Source of the DNA: an uncultured Alphaproteobacteria bacterium
GTDB taxonomy: Bacteria > Pseudomonadota > Alphaproteobacteria > Rs-D84
Assembly (NCBI GenBank): GCA_944392815.1
Contig: CALXXY010000002.1
Coordinates: 96,001-160,000 of the forward strand
Direction: 5' to 3'
DNA length: 64,000 nucleotides
Shown here: positions 56,326-64,000 of the stretch, piece by piece
Numbering within the stretch: the first letter of the stretch is position 1
How the letters are laid out: every line of letters begins with the position of its first letter
Notes under the pieces: model-generated
What the model was told of the DNA's origin: nothing
Databases searched by the model: none
Seen by the model: the letters and a program-made list of their open reading frames with translations, nothing else
Position numbers and translations under genes: made by a program

Positions 56326-57636
56326 ATGAACAATAACGAAACAATTTTTGCGCTGTCGTCGGGACATGGAAAATCCGGTGTCGCAGTCATACGTGTATCG
56401 GGCGACGATTTGTATAATCTGTTTTTGCAAATCACAAATCGCAAATCTGCGGACAGTCGCCACGCATATTTTGCAAATTTTCGCGACACCGCCGGCGATT
56501 TAATTGACCAGGTTATCGCCGTGTACTTTGCCGCCCCCCACTCTTTCACCGGCACAGATGTTATTGAAATACATTCCCATGGCGCGCCGGCCGTTGTTGA
56601 AAAAATATTTGAATACCTGCGTGATATGGGCGCCCGCATGGCGGTGCCGGGCGAATTTTCACGTCGCGCATTTTATAATAACAAAATGGATTTGGCGGAC
56701 ATAGACGGCCTGGCGGCACTGCTGGACGCACAAACAGACGCCCAACGAAAATCGGCACTGGCGTCTATGTTGGGCGGCGACAGTGAAATATATAACGCAT
56801 GGCGGGGGCAGATGATTGAAATTTCCGCGTATGCGGCGGCAATCCTGGATTACGCAGATGATGAATTACCCGCAAACATCGGGGAAACAATCCACATCAA
56901 AACAAAAAAATTATACGATGAAATTACCACCGCCATTTCGCGCTATGCGGCGGTTCGCGCCATACGCAGCGGTTTTAACGTTGCATTGGTTGGGCGCACA
57001 AACGTTGGAAAATCATCGCTGTTTAATGCGATTCTGGGTGCAAATCGCGCCATAGTATCAGACACCCCCGGCACCACCCGCGACGTAGTTTCCGCCACTA
57101 TCGACATGGGCGGATATATGGTGAACTTATCAGACACGGCCGGAATCCGCCGCGCCACCGACACGGTTGAAAAACAGGGAATCGAACGCACAAAAACCGA
57201 AATCGAAAACGCAGACATTATAATATATGTACAAAGCGCAACGAACAAAATCACAATCCCGCCACGCCACGCACAAAACGAAATTTATGTTGTAAACAAA
57301 TCGGACGTCGGCAAAAATCCACCCGCCCACGGCGCTGTGTATGTATCCGCCAAAACGGGCGATGGGATAAAAAAATTAATCACCGCAATAAACAAAAAAA
57401 TCGCACGCATCGCCATGACGGCCGAATCCGGCGTTGCAGTAAACGCCCGCACACGCGAATTGTTAACCACAGCGGCCACAGAATTAAAATCTGCCCTGGC
57501 CGCGCCAACGGGCAATTATGACATATTCGCCGAACACACCCGTCGCGCAGCGGACGCAATTGGAAAAATCCTGGGCACTATTACAGCGGCCGATGTTCTG
57601 GACGCCACATTTTCACAATTATGTTTAGGAAAATGA
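56326..57636 (+). CDS. mnmE: tRNA modification GTPase MnmE
   Basis: SFTG.D..E...HG, GRTNVGKSS, GTTRD, DTAG, NKSD and C-terminal CLGK. Confidence 0.95.
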   Translation: MNNNETIFALSSGHGKSGVAVIRVSGDDLYNLFLQITNRKSADSRHAYFANFRDTAGDLIDQVIAVYFAAPHSFTGTDVIEIHSHGAPAVVEKIFEYLRDMGARMAVPGEFSRRAFYNNKMDLADIDGLAALLDAQTDAQRKSALASMLGGDSEIYNAWRGQMIEISAYAAAILDYADDELPANIGETIHIKTKKLYDEITTAISRYAAVRAIRSGFNVALVGRTNVGKSSLFNAILGANRAIVSDTPGTTRDVVSATIDMGGYMVNLSDTAGIRRATDTVEKQGIERTKTEIENADIIIYVQSATNKITIPPRHAQNEIYVVNKSDVGKNPPAHGAVYVSAKTGDGIKKLITAINKKIARIAMTAESGVAVNARTRELLTTAATELKSALAAPTGNYDIFAEHTRRAADAIGKILGTITAADVLDATFSQLCLGK

Positions 57637-57699
57637 AATATTAATTTGATTTTACATAAATTTTCACAAAGTTATAAAAACACTTTAACTTTATTTACA

Positions 57700-57748
57700 G
57701 GGGGTGAACTCATGCAGTATTTATACACTACATGAGTTCGTTGCCCCC
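57700..57748. other. Long imperfect hairpin between convergent genes
   Basis: GGGGG.GAACTCATG.AGT...ACT.CATGAGTTC....CCCCC. Confidence 0.55.
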
Positions 57749-57775
57749 ACAGCAGGTGTGCCGTTATATTTGATT

Positions 57776-59356
57776 TTACTCGTGACGATTGGGATATTTG
57801 CCCTCTATCAAATTCTGACGCACCACGTGATGCTTTACCTTTTGCGTACTGGTGGTGGGTAAATCATCGGTTGTCATGGCGAAATGCGTCACCCATTTAT
57901 ATGAAGCGACTTTTTTATTCGCCTGGGCAACGGCCGCAGCCAATTTTTCCATGGTCATATCGGGTTCGACACTAAACACGCCATATGTGACGGTTTTGTT
58001 TTTAACCTTGTGTTCGAACACGGCGACATTTTTAACACCGGGGATTTCGATAAACATGCCCTCTAATTCATCAGGATACACGTTTTTACCGGAATCCAAC
58101 ACAATGACCTGTTTTTTACGTCCGGCGAAATGCAGTTCACCATTTTTATCCATGGTCACCATATCGCCAGTGTTAAAGAACCCACGATCATCAAACACTT
58201 CGGCATTTACGGCCGGATTATTCATATATCCGCCAAACACCTGGTGACCGCGCACCCACAAAACACCGACGCCATCTTCGTTTTTATCACGAATTTCGCA
58301 TTCGTTATTAATGGTCGGTCCACCAAAGGCGAACGGGAAACGTTTTTTTGTTGGCTTTGAAATACAGATTGGCCCCACAGTTTCGGTCAAACCATATCCC
58401 TGAATAAACGTCAATCCCAACCGTTCATAGAACGTTTCAACCTCGGGCTTGGTGGCGGCACCACCGGCAATCAACAATCGTGCACGTCCGCCAAACACGT
58501 CCAGCACAGGTTTTTGAACCTTTTTCACCAACCCGCCCAGGCCGATTTTCTGCAGTATTTTGCCATATTTTAATACCACAGACACCAACCACCATTTATG
58601 TTGGGCTTTGATATTTTCTATGATGCGATTACGCAGAACCTCCCACAATCTGGGGACAGCCGGAATAACATGCGGGCGATACGCTTTGAAATCGGCCATG
58701 ATTTCCTTTGGATTAATGCTGGGCTGCAACAGAACGCCGGCGCCATAATGCAGCGTTGCCAACAATTCCACCGCGAACCCGAAAATATGATACATTGGCA
58801 AAAATCCATACATCACAAATCCGGGCTTAATCCAGTGATGCATGTCTTCCAATGAATTGGAACATTCCACCAAATTAAAATGCGTCAGTGGCACAACCTT
58901 TGGCGTACCAGTTGAACCCGACGTAAACGACAGCGTCGCAACATCAGTCGCGTCCAACGCCACAGGTTTTAACCGCGCGTCCAGTTTTTCGTCCGGCTGC
59001 GTAATATCATAAAATTTAAACTTTTTCGTTTTATAGAAAAATGACGGTTCAGCGCACACCAAATGACACTTGGTGATTTCCGTCATATTATCATATTCAA
59101 ACGGTGTTAAATTGGTATCCAGCAACAACGCAGTCCCGCCCAAATACCAGATTGCAAACAAAGTAATCGGAAATTCTGGGATATTATGCGCCAGCACACC
59201 AACCACATCACCCTGCTTTACACCGGCGGCATGCAGCGAGGTTGCGCGTTTTTTCACCAATTCCACAAATCCTGTGAACGTGACCCCTTCGCGGACCAGG
59301 AATAAATTATCCGGCCATTTTGCTGTGGTCTGTTCCAGCAATTGATACATATTCAT
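57776..59356 (-). CDS. AMP-binding long-chain acyl-CoA/ACP ligase
   Basis: FTSGSTGTPK, LP.YH.FG, QGYGLTE, TGD, GRKK..I...GKNVYP and T.KVK motifs. Confidence 0.9.
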   Translation of the reverse strand: MNMYQLLEQTTAKWPDNLFLVREGVTFTGFVELVKKRATSLHAAGVKQGDVVGVLAHNIPEFPITLFAIWYLGGTALLLDTNLTPFEYDNMTEITKCHLVCAEPSFFYKTKKFKFYDITQPDEKLDARLKPVALDATDVATLSFTSGSTGTPKVVPLTHFNLVECSNSLEDMHHWIKPGFVMYGFLPMYHIFGFAVELLATLHYGAGVLLQPSINPKEIMADFKAYRPHVIPAVPRLWEVLRNRIIENIKAQHKWWLVSVVLKYGKILQKIGLGGLVKKVQKPVLDVFGGRARLLIAGGAATKPEVETFYERLGLTFIQGYGLTETVGPICISKPTKKRFPFAFGGPTINNECEIRDKNEDGVGVLWVRGHQVFGGYMNNPAVNAEVFDDRGFFNTGDMVTMDKNGELHFAGRKKQVIVLDSGKNVYPDELEGMFIEIPGVKNVAVFEHKVKNKTVTYGVFSVEPDMTMEKLAAAVAQANKKVASYKWVTHFAMTTDDLPTTSTQKVKHHVVRQNLIEGKYPNRHE

Positions 59357-59425
59357 AATAAAAATTCCTTGTTGTTTTTATATTGGACAACCACTATTAT
59401 ATCCACCAAGGAAAAGATTGCAATT

Positions 59426-60196
59426 ATGAAAATACTTACACTGAACATCAATTCTATACGTGCCCACGCAGAAAGTTTTATTGATATTTTGCGTGCTGGT
59501 GAATACGACACTATCCTGGTCCAGGAATTAAAGGTTGATAACGCCAATTTCCCATACAATATATTTGACGATTTTGGGTATAATATAAAAGTTTTCGGCC
59601 AAAAATCCTGGAATGGCGTGGCCGTATTTTCCAAATATTCTATCGAAGATGTCACATGTGGCATGCCGAATTTCCCGGACACAAACGCCAGATTTATCGA
59701 ATGCGTAATTGACGGTCATGTGCGGATAATCAACGTATACATGCCAAATGGCGACACAGTCGATTCCCCGAAATTCCCATATAAATTGGATTGGATGCGC
59801 GCATTTACCGAATACATCAAACAATACACCGCGTCCCCAGAACAGGTTATAATCGGCGGGGATTTTAACGTGGCCCTGACCGACGCAGACGTATGGAAAC
59901 CCGCAAATTATGTCGGAATTGCCATCGCCGCACCGGCCGCCCGCGAAATAATGCAATCGTGGATTGATATGGGCTGGGTGGACGTATGGCGCACCCTGCA
60001 CCCGGATACGATTGGATACACATGGTACGGATATCGTGGCGGTGATACAGTCGGCAAAAACATGGGATTACGCCTGGATTATTTTCTGGCAAATGCCGCG
60101 GCGATGAGTGCGGTAAAATTCTGCGAAATAGATACAGCCCCGCGCATGGCCCCAAAACCCACAGACCATTGCGGATTAATGATAAAACTGGATTAA
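59426..60196 (+). CDS. xth: Exodeoxyribonuclease III
   Basis: NINSIR, QELK, NGVA, YMPNG, GDFN, LRLDY and TDH motifs. Confidence 0.93.
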   Translation: MKILTLNINSIRAHAESFIDILRAGEYDTILVQELKVDNANFPYNIFDDFGYNIKVFGQKSWNGVAVFSKYSIEDVTCGMPNFPDTNARFIECVIDGHVRIINVYMPNGDTVDSPKFPYKLDWMRAFTEYIKQYTASPEQVIIGGDFNVALTDADVWKPANYVGIAIAAPAAREIMQSWIDMGWVDVWRTLHPDTIGYTWYGYRGGDTVGKNMGLRLDYFLANAAAMSAVKFCEIDTAPRMAPKPTDHCGLMIKLD

Positions 60197-62722
60197 TTAA
60201 TCGTCCACCCGCGCCAGGTCATCATACACTTTGTATTTAATATCACCCGTTGGCCTGTATTCATACGGCGCGCCCCCAACCAGGAATATATCAATCATTT
60301 CCTTGGCCCGGCCAACCGCAGCATTCATCATTTCCTGGGTGGTGGCGGCATCAAAATCAATTACCCGCGCGTCATTGTGTTTCAATTGCAAAAATTTCAT
60401 AACAGGCGCATTGGATTTTTCCGTCACATTTAACGAAAAACCCCCGTTTTGCAGCATATACGCCTCGATAGGCAACTGTGGCATATTACCTTTGTCCAAT
60501 TGTGATTTTGTGGGTGCGGCCCCAGTTTTAATGTCCATCACACCGCCGTCCCACACGCGGTCAGCGCGCGCACGAATAACATGCCCATCAATCACCATTT
60601 TACCGGGCACTTCGGCCACACTGTGCGGAATTTGCGCCATAAAATTGGAAATCACAGGCGCAATTTCGACAAACCGCCTGTGCCAAAAATGAAACAGAAC
60701 ACTGTCTGTGCCCAATTTTTCCAACGCACGCGCGTCCATTTGTCGCACCAGATTATCAACTGAAAAATCACGTGACGTTTCAATTACACTGTGCACCAGA
60801 TTTCCAAAATCCCGCACGTCTGGCCCCACCCAATAATCGTCCAACACGCGCAAACGCAACATATGCCGCACATAGAACGCGTATGGATTGTGAATTAACA
60901 ATTCCAATTCGGTCACATACACGTCACCCCAATCTTGGTCAACAGACGGTGGCGAATAATCCAATGGCCGCGCGTCAACCGCGTCGCGCCCACGCACAGC
61001 ACCCAAAATATCGGCCGCCGCATTCGACACATCAAACGCACCACGTCGCACAATTACACGTGATAGAAATCGCGATGCGGTCGTTTTAACCCCACCGGCC
61101 GTGGCACTGCGGGTCCAATACACTTCTGGTCCACATGATAAATTCATAAAATCCAATGATTGCAAAGATACTTTTCTGTCGGGCGACGGCAATCCAATTT
61201 GTTCGGCAACCGCACGCGGCAACCACGCGTTTTCATAACCCCGCGCCGGGAACATGCCGTCATTTAACCCGGTCAGTATCACAACATCAGCCGTCTGCAT
61301 ACGCGATTCGATCGTCCCCAACACAATGATTTTAGCCGCGTCATTCATGGGGTTGCGCACCTGGACACCGGAAATCGCGTCCGCCAACAACGCCCGTGCA
61401 CCGGGCAAATCAATTTGCACCCCCGCGCGCGCCACACACTCAGACAATTCAGAAATCGCCCCCCATACCTGAACAGACGCCGCGTCCGCCACCTCAAATG
61501 CAGGCGTAAAATTAATTTCACCACCATCAACCAAATTAATTATCAAATTCATCAAATTACAATCGGCCGCCATATACAGCGCATCAAACACAGAATTTTT
61601 ACCCTGTTGCAGCCAATCATCAAACAAATTTAAAATTGCACGCCCCGCGGGCACCATGGTTCCAGGCACCCCACCCGAAAAATCCGCGTCCAACCCGCGC
61701 CCCGCCAGCGCAGACGCAATACGCTGATTCCCCGCCGCGTCCGGCGTTATCACCAACACAGATTTATCATCGCGCACAGCGCGCGCAGCAATTTCAGCAA
61801 CTGCGGCGGCTTCCTCGCTTTCGCGGTCGCACACAATTAAATGGCAATTGCGCACAGAATCCGTTCCATGGGCGGGCGCAGGCGAATTTCCAAACGCATG
61901 ATTTAAAAATTCAATTGGCGACGCGCCCACATCAATTGGGATTAAATCAGCCGGCCGCACCCCAATCCGCGATAAAAATTTATATTCGGCATTATACGGA
62001 TTTGTATACAATTCAAAATCAGACACGTCCCCCGCAATATGCCCAGACATTATAATCCGCCCATGTGCCGCGCCCGCCACCGCCGCCATTAAATCAGCCG
62101 TCGCCGGCACCGACGCAGTCGACGCACAAACAATAACCAATTTATATTGATTTAAATGCCCAATCCATGCGCGAATATCGGCATTACGCTTTTGCGTCAC
62201 AGTTGGCCGATTATCAGATATTTCATTTTGTACACCGGCCAAAATTCCTAAAATTTCCGCTTTGTGCTGAAAATGCGCGGCATATTTTTCATCGACCAAA
62301 CCCGCCCAGTCAATTGTTGTGGCGTCAATTCCTTCGTTTTCCAGATAATTTTGCATACGCAATAAATCATGCGCCACCGGCAACGCAGTCGCCAAATTTC
62401 CAATACTGCTGTCCGCGGTCAACAGTTTGGCAACCGTCACCACACGCAAAGTATCCGACACAGCGTCCGTATTTTCCGCGTCATTATCTGCATCATCATC
62501 GGGGTCATCGGTACCCTCGCCCAGTGCGACCAAACGTGGCAAAATAATGCTGTGGCCCGCCCGCGCAACCAAATATTTTTCCACCCCACGCACAGCACGT
62601 CTGCTGGGCAAAAAAATCAGCATATCTGCCATATCCACCCCGGACATATCCATCACGCGCACCAACGCGTCCATCATTCGTCCAGGATTAGTTGCATAAA
62701 AAATATTTTTATTTGATTCCAA
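60197..62722 (-). CDS. addB: AddB-like double-strand-break repair protein (PD-(D/E)XK C-terminus)
   Basis: LPSRRA, LVITPD, SRF, NPY..Y....LRL, RADR..., DIKTG, PQL and YD.LARV motifs. Confidence 0.82.
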   Translation of the reverse strand: MESNKNIFYATNPGRMMDALVRVMDMSGVDMADMLIFLPSRRAVRGVEKYLVARAGHSIILPRLVALGEGTDDPDDDADNDAENTDAVSDTLRVVTVAKLLTADSSIGNLATALPVAHDLLRMQNYLENEGIDATTIDWAGLVDEKYAAHFQHKAEILGILAGVQNEISDNRPTVTQKRNADIRAWIGHLNQYKLVIVCASTASVPATADLMAAVAGAAHGRIIMSGHIAGDVSDFELYTNPYNAEYKFLSRIGVRPADLIPIDVGASPIEFLNHAFGNSPAPAHGTDSVRNCHLIVCDRESEEAAAVAEIAARAVRDDKSVLVITPDAAGNQRIASALAGRGLDADFSGGVPGTMVPAGRAILNLFDDWLQQGKNSVFDALYMAADCNLMNLIINLVDGGEINFTPAFEVADAASVQVWGAISELSECVARAGVQIDLPGARALLADAISGVQVRNPMNDAAKIIVLGTIESRMQTADVVILTGLNDGMFPARGYENAWLPRAVAEQIGLPSPDRKVSLQSLDFMNLSCGPEVYWTRSATAGGVKTTASRFLSRVIVRRGAFDVSNAAADILGAVRGRDAVDARPLDYSPPSVDQDWGDVYVTELELLIHNPYAFYVRHMLRLRVLDDYWVGPDVRDFGNLVHSVIETSRDFSVDNLVRQMDARALEKLGTDSVLFHFWHRRFVEIAPVISNFMAQIPHSVAEVPGKMVIDGHVIRARADRVWDGGVMDIKTGAAPTKSQLDKGNMPQLPIEAYMLQNGGFSLNVTEKSNAPVMKFLQLKHNDARVIDFDAATTQEMMNAAVGRAKEMIDIFLVGGAPYEYRPTGDIKYKVYDDLARVDD

Positions 62723-63269
62723 TTATTGCCCTGATTGGTTCAATTCCAGTTTTCTTTTCCGCCGACGTTTCCAAAATATCGGCCGCCATTGCCGGGTGAT
62801 TTTCATGTGAAATTTGTTGCTGATTTTGTTCACGTACCCGCTTGTCACGTTTGGTGTATACAACCTGATACGCAATACCATGCGCATCGCAAAAATCCAT
62901 TAAATCCAAATCAGCCGGCCGCACCCCAATCCGCGAATCCACCAACACAAACAATCGTCGCAATTGACTGCGCGTCATCAAATATTCTTCCAGTCGGCGC
63001 ACCCATTGCATGGCCACATCGCGTGAAACCCGCGCATACCCGTATCCAGGCAAATCGACAATCATTACCCTGTCGTCAATATTAAACAGGTTCAACGTCT
63101 GGGTCCGCCCGGGTGTATTTGACGTCCGCGCCACATTTTGCCCCAACACAGCATTTATCAATGACGATTTGCCAACATTACTGCGCCCAACAAACGCATA
63201 TTCAGGAAATTGCGTATTCGGCAAATCAGCCACCCGTTCAAATCCGCCAACGAATTTAATCATCTGCAT
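62709..63269 (-). CDS. engB: GTP-binding protein EngB (YihA/YsxC)
   Basis: GRSNVGKSSLIN, PGRTQ, DLPGYGYA and TKRD motifs. Confidence 0.95.
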   Translation of the reverse strand: MQMIKFVGGFERVADLPNTQFPEYAFVGRSNVGKSSLINAVLGQNVARTSNTPGRTQTLNLFNIDDRVMIVDLPGYGYARVSRDVAMQWVRRLEEYLMTRSQLRRLFVLVDSRIGVRPADLDLMDFCDAHGIAYQVVYTKRDKRVREQNQQQISHENHPAMAADILETSAEKKTGIEPIRAIIGIK

Positions 63270-64000
63270 TCCCCTGGTTTAATAATCGTTTGTACGCTTC
63301 TTTTTTTGAAATTCCTGTTCGCTGGGCCAATTGTGCCGCCGCAGATTTAGTATTTTCCCCCGCGATATCATTGATAATTTCAGATATTTCCGCGTCCGAC
63401 ATTTTATGTTCAGGCGCCGGTGCAACAACAATAACAATTTCACCCCGTGGCGGTTCTATGTGCAATAAATCCGCGGGATATCCGATAATTGCCTGTTCAT
63501 GAATTTTGGTAATTTCGCGAACAAGTGCAATCTGACGTTCAGGCATAACCCGCGCCAGCGCAGCAATCGTTGTCATAATGCGATTTGGACTTTCGTAATA
63601 AATAATAGTATGACGAATTTTGTTATCATCACGCAGTTTTTTTTCATCAAAAAATCCACAAAACGTAAATCTGTCGGTTGCAAACCCAGACAACACCAGC
63701 GCAGAAATCGCCGCCACCGGCCCCGGCACAACGTACACAGGAATATTTGCCGCCCGTGCCGCACGCACCAATCGAAACCCCGGGTCACTTATCCCCGGCA
63801 TACCCGCATCAGACACAGCCGCAATTGTCACACCATTTTGCAATTTTTCAATTAATTGTGGCACCACATCACGTTCATTGTGTTCATGACATGAAACGCG
63901 CGGTGTTTTGATATCAAAATGCGTGGCCAATTTGGCAAACACCCGCGTATCTTCGGCCGCAATTAAATCAACCCCACGCAACACATCGACCGCCCGCGGC
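63256..64000 (-). CDS. rsmI: 16S rRNA (cytidine1402-2'-O)-methyltransferase (5' end outside the window)
   Basis: AEDTR, SDAGMPGISDPG, YESP.R, RE.TK.HE and GE.V motifs. Confidence 0.93.
   Translation of the reverse strand, partial: PRAVDVLRGVDLIAAEDTRVFAKLATHFDIKTPRVSCHEHNERDVVPQLIEKLQNGVTIAAVSDAGMPGISDPGFRLVRAARAANIPVYVVPGPVAAISALVLSGFATDRFTFCGFFDEKKLRDDNKIRHTIIYYESPNRIMTTIAALARVMPERQIALVREITKIHEQAIIGYPADLLHIEPPRGEIVIVVAPAPEHKMSDAEISEIINDIAGENTKSAAAQLAQRTGISKKEAYKRLLNQGNADD

Overview
This 64-kb window is gene-dense chromosomal DNA from a bacterium that is probably an alphaproteobacterium. The evidence is a MucR/Ros regulator, an RHH_4 protein, a Cys-poor DksA, AddB, SecB and MltA. The compact gene set resembles a reduced, host-associated lineage (inference). 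Most genes are housekeeping: recJ, ftsL-ftsI, suf genes, trxA, dksA, tatA, thrS, gltX, trmB, rarA, fabD, ftsK, secDF-yajC, mutL, greA, xerD, trxB, serS, typA, a glycosyltransferase cluster, recA, secB, mltA, ruvC, ruvA, mnmE, xth, addB, engB and rsmI. I saw no rRNA, tRNA, CRISPR array, transposase or prophage. Highlights: (1) thrS and serS each have an unannotated, near-leaderless uORF containing cognate codons, with the same promoter-GTT-ATG geometry and a CCCC-loop-GGGG hairpin. This suggests a shared leader-peptide attenuation system for aminoacyl-tRNA synthetase genes. (2) Between serS and typA, two highly diverged orphan genes sit in tandem, separated by near-identical copies of the typA 5' end and the serS 3' end. 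(3) YbeY is fused to Lnt. (4) Other oddities are a degenerate HNH-like plus SUKH-like gene pair, a membrane-anchored phage-type lysozyme/TPR protein, several pseudo-enzymes and RPE/REP-like palindromes. All family assignments are by motif recognition, not database search.
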